DNA from: Leptolyngbya sp. Cla-17
GTDB lineage: Bacteria; Cyanobacteriota; Cyanobacteriia; Leptolyngbyales; Leptolyngbyaceae
Length of the DNA stretch: 32,000 nucleotides
Reading direction: 5' to 3'
NCBI RefSeq assembly: GCF_016807185.1
Contig: NZ_JAEVYN010000001.1
Coordinates: forward strand, 245,145-277,144
Part shown: positions 9,139-18,322 of the stretch, piece after piece
Position numbering within the stretch: position 1 is the first letter of the stretch
Layout of the letters: every line of letters begins with the position of its first letter
Position numbers and translations under genes: made by a program
Notes under the pieces: generated by a model
Told to the model about the DNA's origin: nothing
Seen by the model: the letters and a program-made list of their open reading frames with translations, nothing else
Databases searched by the model: none

Positions 9139-9870
9139 CTACAGGGTTTGGCTGGGTTGATAGGTGGCAACGATGCGTCCGGCTCCCCGCAACTGAGCAT
9201 AGTAGGTTTGACCGATGCGGCTTGCTTGATCTGATAAGACATCGATCGCGATGCCATTGTGCCCCTGATCTTTGCCGGAACTGTGAATATAGTGGTTGTC
9301 GCCCAGGTACAGTCCAACATGGGTGGCTTTTTGGGGAGTGCCAAAAAAGATCAGATCGCCGGGTTGCAACTCTGAAACCGCGATCGCTTGAGTAAATGCT
9401 TCTTGCTGGTAAGCATCTCTCGGCAGCCACACGCCCACCGATGCAAAGGCGGCTTGCATCAAGCCAGAGCAATCGTAGTTGGGTGCCACTGTGCCGCCCC
9501 AGAGATAATGGTTGGGCTGATCTTTTGCTGCCTGAGTAAAGGCGATCGCGGCTGGAACTCTCGCTTGAATCTCTGTTGTAGAGAGCGAGATTGGCTGATA
9601 GGGATGAACTGCTTTCTCTAAATAGGCAAGATCTGCCATTGAAATCCAGCCGGGATAGTCATCTTCACACAGGCAAACGGCGATTGCGGCTGTGCTCTGA
9701 TCAGCAGCCAATTGTTCCAGCACTGTGGAAGTTCGCAGATGTCTGCCAACCGCTGCTTGAGTTGCCAACCGCTCTAACGCTGGCGAATCGAACACATCTA
9801 AAGATCGGCTACAACGGTACTCTGATTGAATTTCAGCCGTGTGAACCTGATTCGCTTGTAAAGAAATCAC
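9139..9870 (-). CDS. NlpC/P60 (C40) family cell-wall peptidase
   Basis: YLWGGTVAPNYDCSGLMQAAF (catalytic Cys), GDLIFFG, and THVGLYLGDNHYIHSS (catalytic His). GTG start in the ORF track. Confidence 0.9.
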   Translation of the reverse strand: MISLQANQVHTAEIQSEYRCSRSLDVFDSPALERLATQAAVGRHLRTSTVLEQLAADQSTAAIAVCLCEDDYPGWISMADLAYLEKAVHPYQPISLSTTEIQARVPAAIAFTQAAKDQPNHYLWGGTVAPNYDCSGLMQAAFASVGVWLPRDAYQQEAFTQAIAVSELQPGDLIFFGTPQKATHVGLYLGDNHYIHSSGKDQGHNGIAIDVLSDQASRIGQTYYAQLRGAGRIVATYQPSQTL

Positions 9871-10153
9871 GGTTAAAATACTCCCTGTTATTACACCTAC
9901 CGTGTATCCATATCTCGATGTTAAGAGTCTGTGCCGGGAGACTTCCCCCGCTCCTTGGAGGACTCAGCCCCCCAAACCCTTTGCATAAGAGTTTTGTGGT
10001 GTAGCACTAAGACTCAGTTCATTCACAGGGCACATCATATCAGCAAGGGTCGAGTGTGCAATGCTGGCGCAGAGTTTTTAGAAAGTTTTCGGAGTTTTCC
10101 GGATAGAGCGTAGGAACTCGGAATAGTGGAGTGGTAGATGCACCCTGATTGTC

Positions 10154-10184
10154 GCCCTCAGCCACAAGCTGGGGGCTTTTTGTT
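10154..10184 (+). terminator. Plus-strand-oriented intrinsic terminator with no plus-strand CDS upstream
   Basis: Stem GCCCTCAGC (10154-62) / GCTGGGGGC (10168-76), 9 bp including one G-U pair, with loop CACAA, followed by TTTTTGTT (10177-84). On the minus strand (downstream of thrB) there is no U-run after the stem. Confidence 0.6.
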
Positions 10185-10199
10185 GGGATATTACGACAG

Positions 10200-11123
10200 T
10201 TAAAACTGGGCGATCGCGCCCTTGTGATCAATTTGCAGAACTTGGACAGTCGCGTCAATGGTTTGATCTTTCCAGGCAGTGGCGATCGCGGCTTGCACCT
10301 GTTCTGCTTGGGTCACCTCCGCCAGTGCTAACAGAGTTGGTCCTGCGCCGCTAATCACTAATCCATAGGCACCTGCGGCGATCGCCGCTTGATGCACTGC
10401 TTCGTAACCCGGAATCAGCGCTTGCCGATAGGGTTGATGAATTCGATCTTGCAAAGCGGCTTGCAGCCAGTCGGCGTTTCCTGTTTCTAAGCCGCGCAGC
10501 AATAAACCTAAATGAGCCGTGTTGAAAATAGCATCCGCCCGACTATAGCTAGTAGGAAGAACACGGCGCGCCTCCGCAGTGGATAGCTCAAAGTTGGGAA
10601 TAGCAGCGATTGCGGTAATGCTGGGATGCCAAGGAATGTCGCAAATTTGCCATTCGTCATTCACTCCCTTTGCTGCCAAGCGACACCCTCCCATCAATGC
10701 TGGCACCACATTATCGGGATGTCCTTCAATATCTACCGCTAGTTTCACCACGGCTTCCAGGCTCAGCGGTGACCCTGCCAAAATATTTGCCCCCAACATT
10801 CCCGCGGCGATCGCCGTTGCCGAACTTCCTAAACCCCTTGCCAGTGGCACTCCTAGTTGAATGTCAATTTTTACGGAGGGCACTGATTGCCCAATCTGTT
10901 CATAGAGTTTGGCAAACGCTTTGTATGCCAGATTTGATTCATCTGTTGAAACCCGTGCTGCTTCTGTGCCCGTTGCGGTGATCACAACCGCCGGTGGGCT
11001 AGATAACAGCGAAAATGTGAAGGAGTTATAGAGCGTCAGAGCCGCACCCAAACAGTCAAAGCCGGGTCCGATATTGGCGGTGGTGGCAGGAACCGCGATC
11101 GCAACAGAAGTAGGATGAGACAT
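10200..11123 (-). CDS. thrB: Homoserine kinase
   Basis: GHMP-kinase motifs [15 protein letters not shown] and [16 protein letters not shown]. The ATG at 11123 ([14 protein letters not shown]) is preferred over the longer ORF reaching 11183. Confidence 0.9.
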   Translation of the reverse strand: MSHPTSVAIAVPATTANIGPGFDCLGAALTLYNSFTFSLLSSPPAVVITATGTEAARVSTDESNLAYKAFAKLYEQIGQSVPSVKIDIQLGVPLARGLGSSATAIAAGMLGANILAGSPLSLEAVVKLAVDIEGHPDNVVPALMGGCRLAAKGVNDEWQICDIPWHPSITAIAAIPNFELSTAEARRVLPTSYSRADAIFNTAHLGLLLRGLETGNADWLQAALQDRIHQPYRQALIPGYEAVHQAAIAAGAYGLVISGAGPTLLALAEVTQAEQVQAAIATAWKDQTIDATVQVLQIDHKGAIAQF

Positions 11124-11499
11124 CAAAAAAACCAAATCTGGCAAATGACAAAGCATTGCTAATGATATAGCAGGGGAGGGCACAGTTTTGAGTGCGGAGT
11201 GCGATAGGTTGGATTCAGTGATTCTTCATTATCCTGTGAAGCCTCAATGAGGTTGAAGCAGTAGATATACGAAGATATACGGAGTTAAACTAAAATCGTA
11301 AGATACTTGCCGCCTTGCTCTTGCTCCACATATATTGCCGATTGCCAACGCATAGTGGGTCTCAGATGTGTCTTAGGTTGGATTGACCCAACGCTTAAAG
11401 TGTCACAAGGCCTCTGTTTTAGATTGGATCAAATCGGTAGTGTCATGGTTCAGCTGATATGGATTGGTGGCGATTGCACAGATTAGAACAGTCTCTTTT

Positions 11500-13464
11500 A
11501 TGCCTTGTTCTTCGTCTAAAGTTTCTCAAATCAAAGCCTCTACGCAATCAAAAGACTCTATGTCACTAGAGCTTCAGCTTTGGAATGAACGTTGTGTAGC
11601 TTCGCTAGGACAGCGGATATCTGAGTTTGTAACTGCTTATTTAGAGAATGAAAAGACAGTCCCGCAGGAAAGTGTAGACCAAGCGGAATTGGCGCTTTTT
11701 CAACGGGTTGCCTCTGAGTTGAGTCGCCTGTTAGAAACACCCGTCGCGATCGCGCTGCCATTGACCCATCACCCTAAAGCCGAATTGACGCTAGCCTATG
11801 TTGCCGGATATGGGCGATCGCAGTTAATGACATGGCAGTTGTCGAAAGGCAAAGAAATTGCTTTGAAGCAAGGACAGCCAATTAGCCGATCTGACTTCGC
11901 TAAGTTGCAGCAGTGCGTTGATTCCTCAGGGCACCCGTATCGTCTCTATGAAATTCGCGGATCGCAGTGTGAAGCATGGCTGCTGATTGGTCATTCAACT
12001 GATGATCTAAGCAATCCAGATGAGTCGCCTCAGCTACGCTGTTCCCCTGAAACACTTGAGCGCATCGCTCAACAGTGTGTAGGTGCGCTGCACCAGATTA
12101 GACTGATTGCTAGCCAGCGTCAGCGCTACCAAACTCTACTAACAAAAAATCAAGAACTTGAGCAAGCTAATCAGCTAAAAAGTGAGTTTCTTGCCAATAC
12201 CAGCCACGAAATTCGTACACCCCTCAGCTCCATTCTTGGATTTACCCATCTTTTGCAGCAACAGGGCTTCGACCCGCTGAATTTGCGCCACCAGGAATAT
12301 CTCAGAATAATTTTGAGTAGCGGTCGGCACCTATTGGCACTGATTAACGACATTTTGGATTTGTCCAAAATTGAAGCCAATCAAATGACCTTGCAATGGG
12401 AAACGATCAATATTGAGGAACTTTGTAAAATTTGCCTGACCTTGGTGCGCGAGAAAGCAAGTGATAAGGGCTTGAGTGTGCAGTTAGAGTTGCAGCCAAA
12501 TCTGAAAACAGTTGGGGGAGACGGCTTACGGCTCAAGCAAATGCTGTTTAATCTGTTGTCTAATGCAGTCAAGTTTACGCTTCGAGGCTCAGTTGGGCTG
12601 CAAGTGATGACCACAAAGGATCACATTCACTTTACCGTGTGGGATAGCGGCACTGGAATTTCACCCGAACAGCAGAGCCTGCTGTTCAAACCTTACTCGC
12701 AGATCGCCAACGTCGCAGTAGAGCGCAGCGAAGGAACCGGACTGGGGTTAGTGCTGACTCAAAAGCTAGCCGAGCTTCACGGTGGACGGGTTGAAGTTTG
12801 TTCAGAACTAAATCAAGGGTCTCGGTTCACGGTGGTGCTACCGCTCAGTCCAATTGGGTTAGCAGAGGATTTTGAGCGGTGTGATGCCGAGGCGAATCAT
12901 AAAGTGCCTCCATCTGCTCACGCGAAACCCAGTCCAAAACTGGCTCGCCAGGGAATCGTGGCTAAACAGGTGATTTCAGAAACGGTGAAAGAAAGCGATA
13001 GAACTAGCGCGGTCGCTCTACCGGATGACGACCCAGACTCAATCGCTCTGCTTGCGGAGGAGTTTACTCAGCAAGATCTTGCATTTAACCGAGTGTTAGT
13101 GGTGGAAGACAATATTCCGAATGCAAAACTGATGCTGACTTATTTGAGCCGTTTGGGCTATGAGGTCACTTGGGCAAAAGATGGCATGGAAATGTGGAGT
13201 GCGCTGGAGCGATCGCTGCCTGCGGTCATTTTGATGGATGTGCATTTGCCTGACGCAGATGGACTTGTCCTGACTCGTCAACTGAAGCATCATCCTCGCT
13301 ATCAGACCATTCCAGTAATCACTCAAACGGCAATGGCAATGAAGGGCGATCGCGCGGTTTGTTTAGAATCTGGAGCTGACGATTATATTTCTAAGCCGAT
13401 TGATCTAGATGCCCTGGCAAAACTGATGATGCACTACGCCAAACTTGGCACGAAAGTGAATTAG
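11500..13464 (+). CDS. Hybrid sensor histidine kinase (HisKA + HATPase_c + C-terminal receiver)
   Basis: H-box SHEIRTPLSSILGF, N-box LLSNAVKFT, G-boxes WDSGTGI and GTGLGL, and a receiver VLVVEDNIPNAKL...MDVHLPDADG...SKP. The start is uncertain: the ORF opens at a TTG at 11464, and in-frame ATGs lie at 11500 and 11560. Confidence 0.9.
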   Translation: MPCSSSKVSQIKASTQSKDSMSLELQLWNERCVASLGQRISEFVTAYLENEKTVPQESVDQAELALFQRVASELSRLLETPVAIALPLTHHPKAELTLAYVAGYGRSQLMTWQLSKGKEIALKQGQPISRSDFAKLQQCVDSSGHPYRLYEIRGSQCEAWLLIGHSTDDLSNPDESPQLRCSPETLERIAQQCVGALHQIRLIASQRQRYQTLLTKNQELEQANQLKSEFLANTSHEIRTPLSSILGFTHLLQQQGFDPLNLRHQEYLRIILSSGRHLLALINDILDLSKIEANQMTLQWETINIEELCKICLTLVREKASDKGLSVQLELQPNLKTVGGDGLRLKQMLFNLLSNAVKFTLRGSVGLQVMTTKDHIHFTVWDSGTGISPEQQSLLFKPYSQIANVAVERSEGTGLGLVLTQKLAELHGGRVEVCSELNQGSRFTVVLPLSPIGLAEDFERCDAEANHKVPPSAHAKPSPKLARQGIVAKQVISETVKESDRTSAVALPDDDPDSIALLAEEFTQQDLAFNRVLVVEDNIPNAKLMLTYLSRLGYEVTWAKDGMEMWSALERSLPAVILMDVHLPDADGLVLTRQLKHHPRYQTIPVITQTAMAMKGDRAVCLESGADDYISKPIDLDALAKLMMHYAKLGTKVN

Positions 13465-13476
13465 CTTAAAAGTGCT

Positions 13477-14628
13477 TTAAAAGTCTACGCCCCGCTTCAG
13501 GTCTACGCCTTTTTCGGCGTAGTGTTTGTGGCAAATCATTTCAGAGTGAACGCTTGCTAGATCAAAGTAAGCAGGCAAATTCTTGCAGCGCCCAGTGATG
13601 ATGATTTCAGTATCACGTGGTTTGCGAAGCAGGGCTTGCATGATCGGTTCTTCGGGCAACAGTTCGAGATCGACAGTAGGATTGAGTTCATCCAAAATCA
13701 GGGTTTTATAAAGTCCAGAGGCGATCGCGGCTCTGGCAATTTCCCAACCCCGCTCGGCTTCCACATAGTCCAATTCTTGCTGCTGCCCCCGCCAAACGAT
13801 GGCATCGCGTCCGCAGCGCTGATGATCCACCAGGTTGGGATAACTTTGGCGCAGGGCGGCGATCGCTGCATCCTCGGTGTAGCCTGAGCCACCCTTCAGC
13901 CATTGCATGATCAGCACCCGATGAGATTTATCCTGACTGATGCCGCGCCCGATCGCCTGTAGTGCTTTGCCCAAGGCGCTAGTAGATTTGCCTTTCCCCT
14001 CGCCAGTGTAGATTTCAATGCCCTCAATTCCGTTGTTCTGGGCTTTGGAGTGGTAATGGGGGCGCATTTCTGAGTGCAAATCAGCAATATCAAGTAGGGT
14101 TTGAGGGGCTGCACGTCCGGTGGCAATCACTTCCATATGGTCAGGTTTACGCTGAAGCGTGCTAGCCACTTCATCCACAGGCAGCAAGCCTAAATCGAGG
14201 ACGGGGTTCAACTCGTCTAGCACCACGACAGAATATAAACCAGACGCGATCGCGCCTTTTGCAACATCCCAACCGCGCTGCGCTTCTAGCTTGTCGAAGC
14301 GGGTGATTTGGTCGGCTCCAAAAAACTCAGCCCGTCCGGTGCGAACCTGATCAATTAAGTGAGGAAAGCCGCGTTGCAAAGCTTCGATCGCGGCATCTTC
14401 ATCATAAGTGCGTCCTGGACCTTTGAGAAAGCGCAGCAACAGCACACGGGTTTGCAAATCGCTGTGAATGCCTAAGCCAATTGATCGCAGCACTACTCCC
14501 AATGCCGCTTGAGATTTACCCTTTCCGGCACCGTCGTAGACATGAATTTGCCCAGTCAACCGTTCCGATCGAGTTTGAGCCGTCCGAATGCCAACCCCGC
14601 CTCGTGCCATTGTTCTCACTGTTCCCAT
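13477..14628 (-). CDS. Tandem double CobA/CobO/BtuR-like (corrinoid adenosyltransferase-fold P-loop) protein
   Basis: 383 aa made of two homologous halves. Each half carries G-x-GKGKS (DGAGKGKSQAALG / TGEGKGKSTSALG), LKG...Y.ED, LDELN, TGR and HSEM. A GGAG lies 5-8 nt upstream of the ATG. Confidence 0.75.
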   Translation of the reverse strand: MGTVRTMARGGVGIRTAQTRSERLTGQIHVYDGAGKGKSQAALGVVLRSIGLGIHSDLQTRVLLLRFLKGPGRTYDEDAAIEALQRGFPHLIDQVRTGRAEFFGADQITRFDKLEAQRGWDVAKGAIASGLYSVVVLDELNPVLDLGLLPVDEVASTLQRKPDHMEVIATGRAAPQTLLDIADLHSEMRPHYHSKAQNNGIEGIEIYTGEGKGKSTSALGKALQAIGRGISQDKSHRVLIMQWLKGGSGYTEDAAIAALRQSYPNLVDHQRCGRDAIVWRGQQQELDYVEAERGWEIARAAIASGLYKTLILDELNPTVDLELLPEEPIMQALLRKPRDTEIIITGRCKNLPAYFDLASVHSEMICHKHYAEKGVDLKRGVDF

Positions 14629-14790
14629 ACTGCTCCATCCTAGCGAACTCTGCTTCGCTGCTGCTGGGAATACTTTAACCTACTCTACCTATAGCGTCTT
14701 TTAAGAAAGAATTCATTAAATCTGGCTATAGCTGGATTTGCACAATAAGGGCTGAAGCGTCTTGATGAGTACAGTAGAACTCTTGCACAG

Positions 14791-15519
14791 CTAGATCAAT
14801 TCTTCTAGGGTGGGCTGCAAAAGTTTTTGAATTTCAGCAGGCGTGCAGCAGATACATTGGGCTGGGACGATTGGATTCAGGTCAGCGCTTGCGTTTCCTC
14901 TCTTGAGCAAGTGCAGACTGCGACGAATTAAAGGAAAAGCACTTCCGCCGACGATAAGGGCAACCACTAAACTAACGGCGACATCTGCCCAAGTCCAGTG
15001 CCAGAGCCAAACGGCGATCGCGGCTAGCAGCACGCCGATTGAACTAAACAAATCGCCTAGCAAGTGTAAAAACACACCCTGCACGTTCAGATCTTGGTGG
15101 CTGTGCCCATGCAGCAACCGCACATTGATCACATTAGCAACCAGGCTAAATCCTGCCATAGCGACCATGGGCACACTTAAAATCTCTGGAGCCGCTTCAC
15201 CCAGGCGATGCAAACCCTCCCACAGCAACTCTGCCGAAATGCCTAGCAATCCCAAACCATTGACCAGCGCGGCGATCGCTTCCAAGCGAGAGGTGCCTGT
15301 CGCAGGCTGTTTTTTGCAAGCCCACCATGCTGCAATCACCGATAGCCCAAAGGTGGCTGCATCCGCAAACAGATGTCCAGAGTCGGCAAACAGCGCTAGG
15401 CTGTGGCTCCATGCGCCAATCGCAACATCAGCAGTAGCAGTCAAAACAACAAGACTCCAGGCAATCGTCAGCGATCGCAATTTTTGCAGCGGTTCTCGAG
15501 ATGTTGAATCAGATGCCAA
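14791..15519 (-). CDS. Cation diffusion facilitator (CDF/CzcD-like) transporter with a short C-terminal domain
   Basis: HxxxD motifs SGHLFADAA and HLLGDLFSS, and a His-rich loop HGHSHQD. It is 242 aa with a TTG start, and the cytoplasmic C-terminal domain looks truncated relative to typical CDFs of about 300 aa. Confidence 0.75.
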   Translation of the reverse strand: MASDSTSREPLQKLRSLTIAWSLVVLTATADVAIGAWSHSLALFADSGHLFADAATFGLSVIAAWWACKKQPATGTSRLEAIAALVNGLGLLGISAELLWEGLHRLGEAAPEILSVPMVAMAGFSLVANVINVRLLHGHSHQDLNVQGVFLHLLGDLFSSIGVLLAAIAVWLWHWTWADVAVSLVVALIVGGSAFPLIRRSLHLLKRGNASADLNPIVPAQCICCTPAEIQKLLQPTLEELI

Positions 15520-15683
15520 AGCGTTTCACGTTTACTACAGGCTTCAATCATAGATAGAAAAGCTGGTTAAATGTTCCTCGGTCGCTTAGTTGAATCTGCA
15601 CGGGATCGACAAAGCCCAAGTCACGATAGCTAACGCAATTGAGTTGCAGAGTTGAAAATAACTTTTTCAGTTTTAGGTGTAAG

Positions 15684-16990
15684 CCCTGGTTGACTGACAC
15701 ATCTTTTCGACTCTAGCCTTCTAAGCAGTGCTGAGACTTTGTTCCAGAGAAATCGCACAATCAACAGTCGTGCATCTGAAATAGAGCGGTTGTTGCTGTG
15801 CCGCTTGAGATTTAGACGAAATGCAGGGAGCAGGGTCAAGGGCAGATTTGAGCGCCAGAGTCGTGGGCAGTCCCCAACCTTGCACGAGGGCTTTGCGAAT
15901 CCAATGCCAGCCAATCTTGAAATAGCTACTGCCCCGAAACCAATGCGGGTCAACCTGACGACGCTCACCTCGCTCCACCGCTGCTGTGCCCGCACTGGTC
16001 AAATAGAGAGTGGCAACGGCGAGTACCAAGCACAAGCGTGAGAGCATGGCAGCAGAACGGATGTGGGAGGATTCAAGTTGAAAACCGTTGGACTTATCAT
16101 CCAAAAAGTTCTCCTCAATATCCAACCTCAAGCCGTATTCAACAAAGGTTTCGGTCGTAGTGGGTTGGTCACTAACGACATACCAACGTTCCCGACTGGG
16201 ATAGTGATGAGCTAAGGCTAGATGCACCAGCCCATAGCGAGCTTTAGTGATCTTGACTTGATGCAGAAACAGGGCATGACTGGTCGATAGGGGGTAAAAC
16301 GAGATGGGTGTACCCTGCTGACCGCGATACACCAGAAAGTTGGACTTGACCCGAATCCGGTAGTGCCAGCCCAAACGATGCAGGTGTTTGAATAACTCTA
16401 CGTCAGCAAAGCCTCGGTCTGCCAAAAACAAGACTTCAACCCCTGCGGGCAATACCTCAACGACGGCATCCAACAGCGGAGCGTAGGTGGCATAAGCAAC
16501 GGTACTGCTAGAATGCTTCAGCACCTTCCAGACCACTGGAATTCCTCGTCCTCGGTATACGGCCACAATCCGAATGATGCAGTATTGCTCCCACAGCCGC
16601 GTGGTGTCGAGTGCCAGAACAATACGCTCTTGCTGCCAAACCGATAGGGCATATCCAATCAACCGGGCATACAACGAATGCTCGTGTACCCGCTCATTCT
16701 GAAGCCACCGTGAAAATCGCCGTTGCGTACTCTGAGCATAAACCGCACGACTTCGCACATAATCGCTCCATGCCGTTAAGCTGATTTGTCCGCTGGCAAC
16801 CAGTCCTGCGACCATCCAGACCAGAGGGTACAAGTGGCGCTGATCTCGCCAGCGACAGTGTTGACCCAGCAACGCTTGCAGCGCATCATAGAGGCGAGGG
16901 GTGTTTTCCTTAGCGACTTCTGTTGATGTGGTAATCCTCAGAGTACTTGGATTGGCCCCTCTTCCAAGTTTTTGTGTCAGTCAGCCAGGG
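15684..16990 (-). mobile_element. IS4-family insertion sequence (1307 bp)
   Basis: Terminal inverted repeats CCCTGGTTGACTGACAC (15684-15700) and GTGTCAGTCAGCCAGGG (16974-16990) match at 16/17. The flanking direct repeat is TGTAAG (15678-83 / 16991-96), or 8 bp (GGTGTAAG) if the last GG of the right IR counts as target. One DDE transposase ORF lies inside. Confidence 0.85.
15721..16872 (-). CDS. IS4-family DDE transposase
   Basis: D (LALDTT), D (LADRGF), and the IS4 signature Y-2-R-3-E-6-K (YGLRLDIEENFLDDK). There is no in-frame ATG. The frame is open upstream to 16980 (..STEVAKENTPRLYDALQALLGQ..), so the true start is a non-ATG codon or has been lost. Confidence 0.85.
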   Translation of the reverse strand: MLGQHCRWRDQRHLYPLVWMVAGLVASGQISLTAWSDYVRSRAVYAQSTQRRFSRWLQNERVHEHSLYARLIGYALSVWQQERIVLALDTTRLWEQYCIIRIVAVYRGRGIPVVWKVLKHSSSTVAYATYAPLLDAVVEVLPAGVEVLFLADRGFADVELFKHLHRLGWHYRIRVKSNFLVYRGQQGTPISFYPLSTSHALFLHQVKITKARYGLVHLALAHHYPSRERWYVVSDQPTTTETFVEYGLRLDIEENFLDDKSNGFQLESSHIRSAAMLSRLCLVLAVATLYLTSAGTAAVERGERRQVDPHWFRGSSYFKIGWHWIRKALVQGWGLPTTLALKSALDPAPCISSKSQAAQQQPLYFRCTTVDCAISLEQSLSTA

Positions 16991-17010
16991 TGTAAGCCTT
17001 TAAAAGGTTT

Positions 17011-17057
17011 GCTGCCCAGTTCTATGACTTTTTTGAAAAGCTATAGAGCTGGGCAGC
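17011..17057. repeat. Long imperfect hairpin (15-16 bp stem) between the IS4 right end and the DUF4383-like gene
   Basis: GCTGCCCAGTTCTAT (17011-25) pairs with ATAGAGCTGGGCAGC (17043-57), with one G-U pair. There is no clean U-run on either strand, so its role as the terminator of the gene at 17116-17565 is uncertain. Confidence 0.4.
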
Positions 17058-17115
17058 CAGAAAGACTACATTCAAATTACAGACCGTAAGAGATAACCAA
17101 TTAGCACTACAGCGT

Positions 17116-17565
17116 TTACTGAGGCTCTTGCTTAGGGGTACTGGACAATTCCAAAAGCCCTGGTGACTCAAGAAAGCCGTAGTAAAATGCGATCGCGGCA
17201 CTTGCTGCATGGAGCAAAACATCGCTTCCAAAAATTGGAACTGTACCAAAAAGTGTATTTGTGTAAGGAATCAGTCCCAACACAGCAAACAGTCCATAGG
17301 AGACTGCAACCAGCCGACTATAAATACGAGAGCTGTCTAAAGAGATCGACGCTACGATTCCTAAAAGTCCTACAACAATGCGAATAAAGGCATGATTACC
17401 ATTCGTAGGAATAACTCCTGCAATGTAACCATATGCCATTCCATAGGCCTCACTGGTCTTAGAAGCCACATCCGCAGATTCAACCAGCCCTGGAATCAAT
17501 CCTGCAATTCCAAGCAATAGAAAAAAGCTACCCGCAATTAAACAAAAGTACTGTCCTGGTTTCAT
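17116..17565 (-). CDS. Small integral membrane protein (DUF4383-like)
   Basis: 149 aa with four hydrophobic helices and an N-terminus YFCLIAGSFFLLLGIAGLIPGL. A strong SD (AAGGAG) lies 7 nt upstream of the ATG. Confidence 0.65.
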   Translation of the reverse strand: MKPGQYFCLIAGSFFLLLGIAGLIPGLVESADVASKTSEAYGMAYGYIAGVIPTNGNHAFIRIVVGLLGIVASISLDSSRIYSRLVAVSYGLFAVLGLIPYTNTLFGTVPIFGSDVLLHAASAAIAFYYGFLESPGLLELSSTPKQEPQ

Positions 17566-17720
17566 AGCAAACTCCTTGATTTTTAGCTCATCAACTCAAG
17601 ATTTGAGAGAGATACTTAAACTTAATTGTCTGAACTTTTTAATTCCTCTTCTTTAAGGAGGGGATTGACTCTGCTGAATATCCCACTATTGAGCCAGTTA
17701 GCGTTCAGGTAGGTCTATTT

Positions 17721-18200
17721 CTAGGCCGATTTCTTAAACAGCTTAGATACTGCGCCTCTCAAAATGTGCGGTAATAATTTTGGACCTGGCAGGAAGACAA
17801 TTCCCAATTGCTGCATTAGTCCAAGGGCATCACCTTGACCCCAATGCTCCACAATTTTTCCGTCTTCGAGTCGATCAATATGCATGATTGCCAAACTGAT
17901 TTGCTTGCCCGTCGGTGGAAGACCCTGAAATTCTCCGAGATGGGTTGCTGTGAAAGTTCCGCAGGTGACTACGCGATCGCCCGCAACCACAACCTCATCA
18001 AAAATATGTTGCCCCTGGCTGAAGGCTGAATAAAAGGACATGCCAAACTGCTTAAATCCTTGCCGGTCTAATGGCTTGGGCATCCCTGCTTGATGAGCAA
18101 CAAAGTTCGGTGCCAAAAGATCCAGGGCTTGCTCCATGTTGCGATCATCGAAGGCTTTGTAGAACTGGAGCGAGATCGCTTTGTTTTGCTCGGTCAACAT
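17721..18200 (-). CDS. SnoaL-like ester cyclase family protein
   Basis: FYKAFDDRN...GTFTATHLGEFQGLPPTGKQISLAIMHIDRLEDGKIVEHWGQGDALGLMQQLG matches the remembered ester-cyclase (NTF2-like fold) pattern. Confidence 0.75.
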   Translation of the reverse strand: MLTEQNKAISLQFYKAFDDRNMEQALDLLAPNFVAHQAGMPKPLDRQGFKQFGMSFYSAFSQGQHIFDEVVVAGDRVVTCGTFTATHLGEFQGLPPTGKQISLAIMHIDRLEDGKIVEHWGQGDALGLMQQLGIVFLPGPKLLPHILRGAVSKLFKKSA

Positions 18201-18322
18201 ACAGAATTGCGTTTTGAGCTAGATCTTAACGCGGTAGTGAGAATTGATTGAAGCAGTGGCACTTCTCTAGAGACTGATAAGTTAGAAGAGCTTCTTAAGA
18301 ACCATGAGGCTCAGCGATCGCG

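Noticed and set aside
9071-10004. Several ORFs (9071-9472 -, 9081-9395 +, 9102-9344 -, 9388-9621 +, 9591-10004 +) overlapping the NlpC/P60 gene
   Set aside because: All overlap a gene with unambiguous catalytic motifs in another frame, and their products are low-complexity Arg/Cys/Ser-rich sequences. They are shadow ORFs.
14629-14790. Cobalamin riboswitch upstream of the CobO-like gene
   Set aside because: The spacer is only about 160 nt, and I found no B12-box (GCCACTG) or the conserved GGGAA/GGTG core on the relevant strand.
14843-15553. 236-aa plus-strand ORF
   Set aside because: It lies entirely antisense to the CDF transporter gene, which has clear family motifs. Its translation is Ser/Ala/Arg-rich junk. 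It is a shadow ORF of a GC-rich coding region.
15630-16041. ORFs 15630-15995 (-) and 15739-16041 (+) at the left end of the IS4 element
   Set aside because: They overlap the transposase C-terminal coding region and the terminal inverted repeat, and have no motifs. They are likely spurious.
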